DNA of 64,000 nt from positions 1 to 64,000 of the forward strand of contig JBMNIH010000001.1 of the NCBI GenBank assembly GCA_050950825.1, written 5' to 3'. Shown here in pieces: positions 30,388 through 40,316 of the stretch (position 1 is the stretch's first letter; each line of letters begins with the position of its first letter). Below the pieces are notes generated by a model. It worked only from the letters and a program-made list of their open reading frames with translations. It did no database searches and was not told where the DNA came from. The stretch is from Clostridia bacterium. GTDB lineage: Bacteria; Bacillota; Clostridia; JAAYHZ01. The position numbers and the translations under genes are program-made.

Positions 30388-31383
30388 TTACGTTACAAAT
30401 TCGTTTTGCAATTTTGTCACGATTTTGGCATTGATCAATTTGTTCGTTTTTAGGATGACATTTTTAAATGTTTTGCCGATGGAGCTTCCGTGGCTTTTCA
30501 TAACCAGTTCCTTTATCCCCAATACCGGCGCACCGCCGTGAATATCCGGATCGATGGAGTCCTTAAATTCTTTCAAATCCTTCTTGATCATGAAATAGGA
30601 TGCCTTCGTCAGGATATTTTTCGTAAATGCCTTTTGCAAAAACTTAAAAAAGACATCGCCGCAGCTTTCATAAAACTTTAATATGGCATTCCCGGTGTAA
30701 CCGTTTGTCGCCACAACATCCGAATCTCCTAAAATTTCGTTTCCTTCGGCATTCCCTAAAAAATTCAAATCGGTATTCTTTAAGATTTGAAAGGCTTCTT
30801 TGATATCGTCATTTCCTTTCGCCTCTTCAGCCCCTACATTCAAAAGCCTTACGGTAGGCTCTTTGATATCGTATAAAGCGTTCATATAAATGCTGCCGAA
30901 TCTTGCGAATTGGACGTAATTTTCAGACCTGCAGTTGGTGTTCAGCCCGGCATCGATCAGCAAGGTCTTACCCTTCGGCGAAGGCAGAACGGCACCTAAA
31001 GCCGGACGCTTCACTCCGTCAATTCGACCTACCAACATGACGGAGCCGGTGAGCATCGCTCCGCTGTTTCCGGCGGAAACAACGGCATCGCCCTCCTTCG
31101 ACTTCAGCATATGAAAGCATTTGACTAACGACGAATCGGTCTTGTATTTAACGGCCTCCACCGGAGAATCGTGGTTGGTGATAATATCCTCCGCATGGAC
31201 AATTTCGACTAAGCTTCTATCATACCCTTTTTGCTCGATACATTCTAAAATTCTACCCTTGTGGCCGACCAATATCAATTGGATATCCTTCAGATCCGCT
31301 AAGGCTTGATAACAGCCGTCCACTACGGCACAGGGTGCGTTATCCCCACCCATGGCATCAATAATGATACTATTCTTGCTCAT
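30388..31383 (-). CDS. plsX: Phosphate acyltransferase PlsX
   Basis: DAMGGDNAP, SAGNSGA, RPAL, KSHGSS. Confidence 0.95.
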   Translation of the reverse strand: MSKNSIIIDAMGGDNAPCAVVDGCYQALADLKDIQLILVGHKGRILECIEQKGYDRSLVEIVHAEDIITNHDSPVEAVKYKTDSSLVKCFHMLKSKEGDAVVSAGNSGAMLTGSVMLVGRIDGVKRPALGAVLPSPKGKTLLIDAGLNTNCRSENYVQFARFGSIYMNALYDIKEPTVRLLNVGAEEAKGNDDIKEAFQILKNTDLNFLGNAEGNEILGDSDVVATNGYTGNAILKFYESCGDVFFKFLQKAFTKNILTKASYFMIKKDLKEFKDSIDPDIHGGAPVLGIKELVMKSHGSSIGKTFKNVILKTNKLINAKIVTKLQNEFVT

Positions 31384-31972
31384 TAACTCCCATTACTCCT
31401 TGACGATTTTCTCCGTGTAATGCTACCAATATAAATTTACTGCGAAACACCATTTTATTATTATGAAAAATTTTAACCCACACAATAAAATTTTTATCCA
31501 TTTTTCTTTTTACCTCGGCTTTGGCGATCAAACGGCTGTTGCTTTTCACGGGGGTACTGTACTTGATGTTGGCAACTCCGACTAACGCCGCATCGGCGTC
31601 GATGACGGCAATAGCCAAAGACTCGGCAAAAGCGTAAATGAATTGACCTCTTACCACGTTCGTATTTTCAAAAAGCATGCCCTTGTTTGTTTCTAAAATG
31701 GAAATGCCGCTTTCATTGAGCTTGATATCCACCAATTCACCGACGATATCCTTGATTCCCAATGTCCTTACTTTTGCGAAATTTTGGTCGGCTACATTGC
31801 GCACCCGTTCCCTTAATTCCGGAATACCCAGCTCCAATCGGTCCAGTCGGATGGTAGGAACGCTGACGTTAAATAGGTCCGCCAATTCTTCATCCGTCAA
31901 AAACGGATCCGAGGTTAACTTCTCCACCAACTTTTCGTGCCTTTCCTTCTTCGGCATATGATTCCTTGACAT
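31370..31972 (-). CDS. fapR: Fatty acid biosynthesis repressor FapR
   Basis: PFLTDEELA..FNVSVPTIRLDRLELGIPELRER plus hot-dog fold. Confidence 0.95.
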   Translation of the reverse strand: MSRNHMPKKERHEKLVEKLTSDPFLTDEELADLFNVSVPTIRLDRLELGIPELRERVRNVADQNFAKVRTLGIKDIVGELVDIKLNESGISILETNKGMLFENTNVVRGQFIYAFAESLAIAVIDADAALVGVANIKYSTPVKSNSRLIAKAEVKRKMDKNFIVWVKIFHNNKMVFRSKFILVALHGENRQGVMGVNEQE

Positions 31973-31999
31973 TTCCTTCTTCCTCTCTCGTTATCTTTC

Positions 32000-32026
32000 C
32001 TATGACCAGCTACTATCAGCTACTAA
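32000..32026 (-). promoter_or_regulatory. Candidate FapR operator(s)
   Basis: TTAGTAGCTGATAGTAG resembles the Bacillus FapR box; overlapping second copy ATAGTAGCTGGTCATAG. Confidence 0.6.
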
Positions 32027-32118
32027 GCACTATTAACAATTTTCAATATATCGAAAAATGAAGTAAATTACAAGAGCGTTTTTCCGTATTCCGCCTTTTG
32101 ATATCATGTACCGGTGTT

Positions 32119-32676
32119 TTATGCTTCATGCTTAATAAATTCCTTTACATAGGTAGCCCCGGATATGACGGTTATAATCAATGCGGCTACCCATGCGATT
32201 CCGGATAAACTTTGTATAAAATCCCAAGGGAAATAGGACATGCATACCGCTATCATTTGGATGACGGTCTTGAGCTTCCCCCAGTTGTTGGCTGCAATTA
32301 CATAGCCGGCGGATGCGGCAATGGTACGGATACCGGTAACGGCAAATTCTCGAGTCAATATGAGAAAGCAAATCCAGCCGGACAGCTCTCTCGTAGCCAC
32401 TAATGCAATCATGGCTGCAGAAATCAGCAATTTATCCGCTAAAGGGTCTAAGAATTTTCCCGTATTGGTGATGGTATTCTGTCTTCGCGCAATATGTCCG
32501 TCCAACAAATCGGTTACGGATGCAAGTATGAAAATGATTAATGCAACCGTTTTACCCCATTGAGCAAAAAACTCGGCCAATCCGCCTTTTAACAGCGCCA
32601 CAGGAGGCAGCGCAAACAACAGAAAAAAAGGTATTAAAACGATCCTTGCCAATGTCAATTTGTTTGCTGTGTTCAT
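32119..32676 (-). CDS. pgsA: Phosphatidylglycerophosphate synthase
   Basis: ANKLTLAR, TDLLDGHIAR...GKFLDPLADK. Confidence 0.95.
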   Translation of the reverse strand: MNTANKLTLARIVLIPFFLLFALPPVALLKGGLAEFFAQWGKTVALIIFILASVTDLLDGHIARRQNTITNTGKFLDPLADKLLISAAMIALVATRELSGWICFLILTREFAVTGIRTIAASAGYVIAANNWGKLKTVIQMIAVCMSYFPWDFIQSLSGIAWVAALIITVISGATYVKEFIKHEA

Positions 32677-34007
32677 GGTACCACTTCTCCAATATAGTCG
32701 GCTTGCTGAGCATTGAGTATCTTTACTCGAACAATGTTGCCCTTATCCACCGGTTCTTCGCTTGCAAAGTATACGACGGTGTCGATTTCCGGCGCTTGGA
32801 ATTTTGTTCTTCCTTGGTAGAAGATGCCGTCGTCGGATACGCCGTCACACATCACCTCGAAGGTTTTTCCAATGCTGTTTTCCGCTCTTTTCGCCAGTTT
32901 CTCGGTAACGGCTTCGTATAATGCTGCGAATCGGCGTTCTATTGTGTCCTCGTCCACTTGGTCGGGCATCTCGGCCGCCTTCGTTCCTTCCTGCGGCGAG
33001 AATTTGAAGATTCCTGCAAAATCCACAAGATCGCTTTGCACGAATTCCAGCATTCTTTGAAAATGTTCTTCCGTTTCACCCGGAAATCCGGTAATCAAAG
33101 AAGTCCTTATATATATATCCGGATACAAGGATCTTGCCGTTTTGATCTTTTCCGTGATAAACCTCATGTCTTCCTTGCGGTTCATTTTTTCACGAATATC
33201 GTCGCAAACATGCTGTATCGGAATATCCATATACCGAACCACATTCGGAAGACGGTAAATATCAAACAATTCGTCGTATAAAAACTCGGGGTACGTATAA
33301 AGGATTCTTACCCAAACGGAAGAATCCAAACGCGCTACCGATGTTACCAATTCATGAAGCTTACGCGATTTGAAAATATCGATTCCGTAATTAGCCGTAT
33401 CTTGTGCTATCAAGATCAGCTCTTTTTTCCCTAGTCGGATTACCTCTTCGCATTCTTTTATGATATCTTCCGGTTTGCGGCTCTTGTATCCTCCCCTTAA
33501 CTTGGGAATTATACAAAACGTACAGTTATTACTGCATCCTTCCGCAATTTTAATGTATTCATAAGGCAGGCTCGGGTCAATGATTCTTTTTTTATTCAAA
33601 TAGTCAATGTCGAATCCGCCCCCGATGTATGAAACATATTCTTTTTTATAGGAATCTCGAATGGCTTTGGAAATATTGAGACAATTGGCGGTATCGACGA
33701 TGGCGTCTACCTCCGGCAGTTCTTTGAAAACTTCTCTTCCGTAGCGCTTGGACATACACCCTGCGACAATTATTTTTTCGACTCCCTGTTCTTTCAGTTG
33801 TCCTGCCTGAATGACGGTTTGTATGGATTCTTCCAACGCATCGTTGATAAATGCACAAGTGTTTATAACGATCACTTGGGCGTCTTCTACCCTGTTCGTA
33901 ACATCGAATCCGTTCTCAACCAAATCATTCAGCATAATTTCCGAATCAACGGTATTTTTCGGACATCCGAGGGTAATAAAAGCGACTTTCTTTTTTCTAT
34001 CGATCAT
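32673..34007 (-). CDS. rimO: Ribosomal protein S12 methylthiotransferase
   Basis: LGCPKNTVDSE, CxxxCxxC (CSNNCTFC), TRAM domain with APEID. Confidence 0.93.
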   Translation of the reverse strand: MIDRKKKVAFITLGCPKNTVDSEIMLNDLVENGFDVTNRVEDAQVIVINTCAFINDALEESIQTVIQAGQLKEQGVEKIIVAGCMSKRYGREVFKELPEVDAIVDTANCLNISKAIRDSYKKEYVSYIGGGFDIDYLNKKRIIDPSLPYEYIKIAEGCSNNCTFCIIPKLRGGYKSRKPEDIIKECEEVIRLGKKELILIAQDTANYGIDIFKSRKLHELVTSVARLDSSVWVRILYTYPEFLYDELFDIYRLPNVVRYMDIPIQHVCDDIREKMNRKEDMRFITEKIKTARSLYPDIYIRTSLITGFPGETEEHFQRMLEFVQSDLVDFAGIFKFSPQEGTKAAEMPDQVDEDTIERRFAALYEAVTEKLAKRAENSIGKTFEVMCDGVSDDGIFYQGRTKFQAPEIDTVVYFASEEPVDKGNIVRVKILNAQQADYIGEVVP

Positions 34008-34301
34008 ATACGGTTAATGTTTATTCCTTTCCCAAAAAACAATTTCGTAAATCTAAAATCATTACATTTAAAAATCCGATTCTCTACAGTTTGCAAATTT
34101 TCTTCTCCGTTTGATAACTCTTATGATACATGAAATATGCCAAAATGACAACAAAATTATACCGGTTCGGCGGTGTCGGTTTTTTCTTTACAATCCGCCT
34201 GAATTCATTTAATATATAGGAAACGAACATCTTTTAAAGGCGATTTATATATTTTATCCGTTGCCGCACGACGGCAACGATTTGAGGTGTGGTGTAACGT
34301 A

Positions 34302-35324
34302 ATGAATTTAAGCAGATTTATTGTGACCTTAACTATAATTATCGGAATATTTTTATTTGTTGTGGGTTCGGGGGTTCTCTATTACATAAACAATGTTGAT
34401 CTTCCCGTTTTCTATGAAGAGCCCGACAACGACCCTAATAACGGCAATAACGACGACAAGCCGAATCCGAATACCAACCCGGGACTTAGCGATCTTTTGG
34501 ACAAAAAGCAGTACCCGGTTAACTTCTTGCTTTTTGTCGGGGACTACGACCAAACCAATACGGACTTTATCGCCCTTGTAAATTACAACCCGGAAAAATC
34601 GGAGTTTTCCGTACTGAGCATCCCGAGAGACACGAGAGTTCCCGGAGTCGCCATCAGTTTTCCTAAAGTCAATTCACTTTACGCCCGCCCGAACGGGCAA
34701 GAATTGGCCGTAAAATCCATTGCCAATATGCTGAAGGTCAACGTCAAATACTTTGTTTACATCAACTTGTCCACATTCAGACAGGTTATTGATCTTTTAG
34801 GCGGTGTGGATATCGATGTTCCGGTGGATTTAAAATACGACGACCCTACACAAAATTTACATATTAATATCCCGAAAGGGCGTCATCATATGGACGGTAA
34901 AATGGCGGAAGAATACTTGCGTTTTCGAAAGCCCAACAACAACGAATACACTTCGGAATTACTTAAATATTACGACGGATCCGATTTAAGCCGAATCAAG
35001 GTACAGCAAAACTTTGTAAAGGAACTGATCAAGCAAAAGGCCAATATCGTAGGGTTTGCGAAAATAAGCCAAATTGTGGAAACGATTTTTGACAATGTAC
35101 AGACCAACGCAACGATGAGCGATGTTTTGAATTTGGCGAAAGGCTTGCCTACCGTCAGCTTGGATAAGGTAAACTTCTTCGTACTGCCCGGTACGGCGGA
35201 AGCCGACAGTATTTATTACGAAATGAACGAAGCAAAAACGGCGGAAATCATATCCGAATACTTCTATTCGAGAGGCAACGTATCCTTCGGAGAAGAAGAT
35301 CCTACGGAACAAGGGGCAGGCTAA
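34302..35324 (+). CDS. LCP (LytR-CpsA-Psr) family protein
   Basis: N-terminal TM, SIPRDT, LGGVDIDV, YLRFR, DLSRIKVQQ. Confidence 0.9.
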   Translation: MNLSRFIVTLTIIIGIFLFVVGSGVLYYINNVDLPVFYEEPDNDPNNGNNDDKPNPNTNPGLSDLLDKKQYPVNFLLFVGDYDQTNTDFIALVNYNPEKSEFSVLSIPRDTRVPGVAISFPKVNSLYARPNGQELAVKSIANMLKVNVKYFVYINLSTFRQVIDLLGGVDIDVPVDLKYDDPTQNLHINIPKGRHHMDGKMAEEYLRFRKPNNNEYTSELLKYYDGSDLSRIKVQQNFVKELIKQKANIVGFAKISQIVETIFDNVQTNATMSDVLNLAKGLPTVSLDKVNFFVLPGTAEADSIYYEMNEAKTAEIISEYFYSRGNVSFGEEDPTEQGAG

Positions 35325-35356
35325 GGATTCATTTCTTTAAGGAAATAATAAAGACT

Positions 35357-35391
35357 AAAAAAACAGCGGTTTTTATTGAAACCGCTGTTTT
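35357..35391. terminator. Bidirectional terminator
   Basis: AAAACAGCGGT...ACCGCTGTTTT between convergent genes. Confidence 0.8.
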
Positions 35392-35427
35392 CATATTCAC
35401 TTCATTTTTTTCTTGATCTTTATCCTA

Positions 35428-35976
35428 TCAGGTACCGAAATACCGTAGGTTGCAGCCGTCCATCGCCGCAGAAAGCATTTCGTTTCGAAACTTATGGGTA
35501 AGGATAACGATGTAATAGATGCAGCCTAACCCGCCGACAAATATAAATACGGATAACAAAACGACGCTTGCATTTAAACCTCTCGGATTATCCAAATTGC
35601 CGATTAATAATCCTCCTCCGAGAACCGTCAAAATCGCCCCTGCCGCCAGCAAAAAAAGGCTGAGGATAATTAGCCGCGTTAATCTTTGCGAGTACAATTG
35701 GCGAGACAAAACACCTTTTTGAAGAGCCTCCCGTATGAGCCGCCCGGCACCTTTTAAACGTCTTCTTCCGTATACTTGGTGGAGACGGTAGAAAAACCGG
35801 AAACGTTCGGCCATCTCCTCCGGTTCCGTTAAGTTGTTTTCAATACGGCTCATGCTATGACCTTGCTCCATCCTGCTATCCACATACATTTTAAAGTATT
35901 CGTCCACCATGCCGTGGATCGTATCGGGCAAGTCGCTTAACTTCTCTTTAATTGCCTCTATGTAGTCTCTTGGCAT
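35428..35976 (-). CDS. Hypothetical membrane protein (DUF1700-like N-terminus)
   Basis: Helical N-terminal region plus two TM helices; RBS GGGAGG. Confidence 0.6.
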   Translation of the reverse strand: MPRDYIEAIKEKLSDLPDTIHGMVDEYFKMYVDSRMEQGHSMSRIENNLTEPEEMAERFRFFYRLHQVYGRRRLKGAGRLIREALQKGVLSRQLYSQRLTRLIILSLFLLAAGAILTVLGGGLLIGNLDNPRGLNASVVLLSVFIFVGGLGCIYYIVILTHKFRNEMLSAAMDGCNLRYFGT

Positions 35977-36030
35977 TTCGGTCCCTCCCTAGAGTTCTAA
36001 GAGGTCAAATGCTCAAAAGTCATTCGTCTT

Positions 36031-37332
36031 TTAAACCGCATTCGACACTCTTTGTCCTTCCAAAATTTTTTCGATACTCGCTAGCTTAACACAAGTACAG
36101 AGGACTTCAATGGCCATTTTCAAATCCTTTACGGGAGGCAAAGTAGGTGCAATTCGGATATTTCTGTCCTTTTCGTCCTTTCCGTATGGGAATGTTGCAC
36201 CGGCATTGGTAAATTCCACACCTACGCTCTTAGCCAATTCCACGGTTTTCTTTGCACATCCTTCCATAGTGTCAAAGCTAATGAAATATCCGCCCCTCGG
36301 ATTCGTCCATTCGGCGATTCCTAAGCTTCCCAATTCCTTTTCCAATATCTCAATAACGGCTTTGAATTTCGGTCTCAAAATCTCCGCTTGATGTTCCATA
36401 TGAACCAATATGTCATCGAAACTCTTAAAAGCTCTCAGATGAAGCAATTGGATCATTTTATTCGGGCCGATGGTTTGCTTGGACAGCATTTTTGCGTAAG
36501 AGCGAATATTGTTTTCACTGGACGCCATTAAAGCCACACCGGACCCCGGGTATGATATTTTTGATGTGGATGAGAAGACAAATACACGGTCTTCATTTCC
36601 CGCTTTTTTACACTCATCCAAAATATTCACGTTCATTTTATCATATTTTTCTAAAAAATGCACCGGATATGCGTTATCGCAAAAGATTCTGAAATCCGGA
36701 GCGGCGGTTTTCATCCAAGCAATTCTTCTTAAATTATCGTCGGAGCATATCGAACCTGTCGGATTGCTGTAAACCGGCATGAACCACATTCCTTTTACGG
36801 AAGGATCGTCTCTTACCAAGTCTTCCACTTGATCCATGTCCGGTCCGTTATCGGTCATATCCACTTTGATTAAATCAAAACCCAAAAGCTCCGTAATGGC
36901 AAAATGGCGGTCATACCCGGGAGACGGACACAAAAACTTCACCTGTTTGCCGGTGCCCCAAGGAGGGTTCTTGTCGTCGGCACCGAATACAACCAATTTC
37001 ATCATGACATCGAACATCATATTCAAACTGGAGCTGCCGCCTGCAATCACTCTTTCTTCCGTCGCACAAACCAAGGGTGCCAACAGCTTACGAAGTCCTC
37101 GGATCCCGTACAATTCTCCGTAATTCCTACAGTCAACGCCGTATTCGTCGGTACTGTCCGTATATATGTCAACGTTCTTAAACAGCTCGGTTGTCAAGTC
37201 CAGCTGTTCTTTGCACGGTTTCCCTCTTGTCATGTTCAAGCTTAAACTCATTTTCTTATACGCATCCAATTGTTGCAAGAGCTCATCTCTCATGTTGCAA
37301 AGCTGCGAATTACTCATCTTACATAATAGCAT
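36031..37332 (-). CDS. PLP-dependent class I/II aminotransferase
   Basis: LNMTRGKP, PGYDRHF, YSNPTG, DNAY, STSK, NIRIAP. Confidence 0.88.
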   Translation of the reverse strand: MLLCKMSNSQLCNMRDELLQQLDAYKKMSLSLNMTRGKPCKEQLDLTTELFKNVDIYTDSTDEYGVDCRNYGELYGIRGLRKLLAPLVCATEERVIAGGSSSLNMMFDVMMKLVVFGADDKNPPWGTGKQVKFLCPSPGYDRHFAITELLGFDLIKVDMTDNGPDMDQVEDLVRDDPSVKGMWFMPVYSNPTGSICSDDNLRRIAWMKTAAPDFRIFCDNAYPVHFLEKYDKMNVNILDECKKAGNEDRVFVFSSTSKISYPGSGVALMASSENNIRSYAKMLSKQTIGPNKMIQLLHLRAFKSFDDILVHMEHQAEILRPKFKAVIEILEKELGSLGIAEWTNPRGGYFISFDTMEGCAKKTVELAKSVGVEFTNAGATFPYGKDEKDRNIRIAPTLPPVKDLKMAIEVLCTCVKLASIEKILEGQRVSNAV

Positions 37333-37481
37333 TGATCATTCCTCCGTATAATCGCTATATTCAATCATAATAATTATTATACGAGAAAAAATCAATACGT
37401 TGCGACAATTTTTTAATTTGTTTTAAAGAGATTTTTGCAATTCGTAAATTTCAAATTGCTAAAAATGAAAAACGTTCATGA

Positions 37482-38255
37482 TTAAATATAGTTTTTTACG
37501 AAGAGCTTTCTATGAATCGGACAAATTCCGTATTTTTGAATCGCCGCAATGTGTTCGGCAGTACCGTATCCCTTGTGATTTTCAAAACCGTAGCAGGGAT
37601 ACTCTTCCGCATAGCGGCACATGATGCGGTCTCTCGTCACTTTAGCGACGATAGAAGCGGCAGCGATGGATACGCTTAAAGCATCCCCCTTTACAATCGG
37701 TTTTTGAACCGGTGTACAATCCGGTATTTCCACCGCGTCTGTCAAAAGATAATCAGGCAGTATTTTTAAATTCTCGACCGCTTTTTTCATCGCCATTTTG
37801 GCGGCATTTAAAATGTTGATTTCATCGATCGTTTCATGGTCTACAATACCGATACCGATGTCCTCGGCACATTCCATAATCATATCGTAGACCTTTTCTC
37901 GCGATTTTTCGGTTAATTTTTTCGAGTCGTTAACGTTAGGAATGAATGTATCTCTTTTTAGAACAACACAAGCGGCGACCACGGGACCCGCTAAAGGCCC
38001 TCTTCCGGCTTCATCCACACCGCCGATTCTTCTATAGCCCAAAGCGTATCCCTCGTACTCAAATCGGGACATGATTTTTAGTCGTTCTTTTTCGGCCTTA
38101 TATTTTTCATAAAGGTTTTGATATTTCTTCTTTAAAGCATCCAAATTCAAGTCGTAAAGCTTGCTTTGGGCTTCTATGTAATCAAGGGCTTCTTCTAAGC
38201 CCATTGCGGAAGCGGTTTTTTCGATTATGCTTTTCGTCGGTTTTGCACCGTTCAC
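37482..38255 (-). CDS. rnhB: Ribonuclease HII
   Basis: GVDEAGRGPLAGPV, NDSKKL, AAASIVAKVTRD. Confidence 0.96.
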   Translation of the reverse strand: MNGAKPTKSIIEKTASAMGLEEALDYIEAQSKLYDLNLDALKKKYQNLYEKYKAEKERLKIMSRFEYEGYALGYRRIGGVDEAGRGPLAGPVVAACVVLKRDTFIPNVNDSKKLTEKSREKVYDMIMECAEDIGIGIVDHETIDEINILNAAKMAMKKAVENLKILPDYLLTDAVEIPDCTPVQKPIVKGDALSVSIAAASIVAKVTRDRIMCRYAEEYPCYGFENHKGYGTAEHIAAIQKYGICPIHRKLFVKNYI

Positions 38256-39118
38256 AAGGCATCACCTCTGTCTTCGGGCATTTCCAATGTAATCTTTCCG
38301 AACCGTCCGGCTCGAAAATCATCCAATACCATTTTCGATACCCGATCGTAATCCGGCTCTCCGCCTTTTTTCAAGCATCCTTTTGCGGCGGCAATTAAAT
38401 CCGGCAAATGAACGTTTTGATTTCGATCGAATTCGAGGTTGTATCGTCGGGAAACGGCGTTCGGGTACATACGCCCCAAACGACGAAGCAATTCGCAGGA
38501 AATTTCATACAAGTCCAAAATATCATCGGATATGGCACCGGTAAAAGCCAGATTAACGGCCGTTTCCTCGTCTTCGAATTTTGGCCATAAAATACCGGGG
38601 GTATCGAGAATCATCATTTCACGATTCGCTCGTACCCATTGCTTCCCCTTCGTTATACCGGGTTTGTTTCCGGTTTTTGTTGCCGCATTTTTGGCTACAC
38701 GATTGATAAATGTTGATTTTCCGGTATTGGGTATTCCCGTTACCATGACTTTGATAAGACGAAAAACCCGGCCTTTTTGTAAATCTTTTTGAAGAACAGG
38801 TTCCACGGTTTTTTTTATGAGATTAAAAAGCTCTTGGATCCCTTTTCCGGTTTTACAGTCGATGAATTCGCTCGGAATCCCTTGTTCTTGGAAATATTTC
38901 TTCCACAAGGCGCTTTTCTCAGGGTCCGCCAAATCCGATTTGTTAAATGCGATTATGCGTGGTTTTTTCGATAGCAACACATCAAAATCCGGATTGATGC
39001 TGCTTTTGGGAATCCGGGCATCCGCCATCTCCACAACAACATCAACCAAGCTTAAATTCTCCTGAAGCAATCGCTTGGTTTTGGCCATATGCCCGGGATA
39101 CCATTGTATTTGTTTCAT
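38252..39118 (-). CDS. rbgA: Ribosome biogenesis GTPase RbgA/YlqF
   Basis: IQWYPGHMAK, DARIP, GIPNTGKS, LDTPGILWPK. Confidence 0.96.
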   Translation of the reverse strand: MKQIQWYPGHMAKTKRLLQENLSLVDVVVEMADARIPKSSINPDFDVLLSKKPRIIAFNKSDLADPEKSALWKKYFQEQGIPSEFIDCKTGKGIQELFNLIKKTVEPVLQKDLQKGRVFRLIKVMVTGIPNTGKSTFINRVAKNAATKTGNKPGITKGKQWVRANREMMILDTPGILWPKFEDEETAVNLAFTGAISDDILDLYEISCELLRRLGRMYPNAVSRRYNLEFDRNQNVHLPDLIAAAKGCLKKGGEPDYDRVSKMVLDDFRAGRFGKITLEMPEDRGDAL

Positions 39119-39162
39119 TTTAACTTTCTCCTTTGTAACATTATTTCGAAAAATAGAAACGA

Positions 39163-39798
39163 TTATTCCAATTTTCCTATAACGTCAAAGGGCCAGATCC
39201 GAAACACGGCCTTTCCTTTTACCGCACTAACGGGAAGCGGACCGAGTTCCCTGCTGTCTCTGCTGTTGACCCGGTTGTCTCCTAATACAATGATTTCCCC
39301 TACTTTTACTTTATACGGGAAGGTGATGGCATCGGTTCGAATGTACGTGGCTCCCTGTTGAAGCAAGTAATCTTCTTCGATTTTCTCTCCGTTTATATAT
39401 ACATAACCCTCTTTAATATCGATTACATCGCCTTCAACGGCAATTACACGTTTTATATAGTCCACTTCTTTGATGAATGTAGGCAGCACTTTTTTGGCAA
39501 AGTCCGACTTGTTTAAAAACTTAAAGAATGCAAACTTTCCTTGGTTAATTTCTACTACGACAATATCTCCTTTTTCGGGAGAGCGAAAAAAGGAACCAAG
39601 TTTGTACAGTATCAATTTTTCACCGGTAAAAAGAGTAGGCTCCATGGAAGGACCGTCCACTAAAACCGGTTCGAATATAAAACCCCGAATAAGCAAAGCA
39701 ATAACGATAGCCGCTAAAATGGCTTTGATCCATTGCCAAACTTCATTAAGGACACTTGTTTCTTTATTCTGGTTTAATTTGTCTTGAATTTCGTCCAT
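39163..39798 (-). CDS. lepB: Signal peptidase I
   Basis: GPSMEPT, YIKRVI, GDNRVNSRDSR; start chosen after the AGAGGA RBS. Confidence 0.94.
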   Translation of the reverse strand: MDEIQDKLNQNKETSVLNEVWQWIKAILAAIVIALLIRGFIFEPVLVDGPSMEPTLFTGEKLILYKLGSFFRSPEKGDIVVVEINQGKFAFFKFLNKSDFAKKVLPTFIKEVDYIKRVIAVEGDVIDIKEGYVYINGEKIEEDYLLQQGATYIRTDAITFPYKVKVGEIIVLGDNRVNSRDSRELGPLPVSAVKGKAVFRIWPFDVIGKLE

Positions 39799-39819
39799 TT
39801 TCATCCTCTTACTAAAAAC

Positions 39820-39841
39820 AAAGGGACTCAATTGTCCCTTT
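39820..39841 (-). terminator. Hairpin/terminator after rplS
   Basis: AAAGGGAC-N6-GTCCCTTT. Confidence 0.65.
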
Positions 39842-39863
39842 GTCTGTCGGATCATACCGTATT

Positions 39864-40253
39864 TTACTCTTCAACCGTTTCCGTTGCGGTTGTAACGTTC
39901 GCCGTGTCATAAACCATTCTTTCGGCAACCTTTGAAGCTTTACCGACACGGTCTCTTAAATAATACAGCTTCGCTCTGCGAACCTTACCTTTACGAACGA
40001 CTTCGATTTTGCTGATTTTCGGCGAATTGATCGGGAATGTCTTTTCTACGCCTACACCGTAAGACATTCTACGAACTTTGAAGGTTTCGGTTAAACCTTG
40101 CCCTTTTCTGGCAATAACGGTTCCGTCGAAAACCTGAATTCTTTCTCTGTTACCTTCTTTGATTGTTAAGTAAACCTTAACGAAATCACCGATATCCATT
40201 TGCGGTAAGTCCGTTCTGATTTGATCCTGTTCAACTAATTTAATTAAGTCCAA
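39864..40253 (-). CDS. rplS: 50S ribosomal protein L19
   Basis: [22 protein letters not shown]. Confidence 0.97.
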   Translation of the reverse strand: MDLIKLVEQDQIRTDLPQMDIGDFVKVYLTIKEGNRERIQVFDGTVIARKGQGLTETFKVRRMSYGVGVEKTFPINSPKISKIEVVRKGKVRRAKLYYLRDRVGKASKVAERMVYDTANVTTATETVEE

Positions 40254-40272
40254 TGTTCCTTCCTCCTATATT

Positions 40273-40316
40273 GGCACGTTCATATATTCTGCGCACGCAA
40301 ATACAGCGGAACGCCC
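40273..40316 (-). ncRNA. L19 leader (rplS autoregulatory RNA)
   Basis: GGCGTTCCGCTG...ATGAACGTGCC stem just upstream of the rplS RBS, resembling the Firmicute L19 leader. Confidence 0.7.

Noticed and set aside
34219-34244. GGAAAC-N16-CGAT ECF-like promoter before the LCP gene
   Set aside because: The -10 match is weak, and a sigma-A promoter (TTTACA-17-TAATAT, 34187-34215) already explains the region
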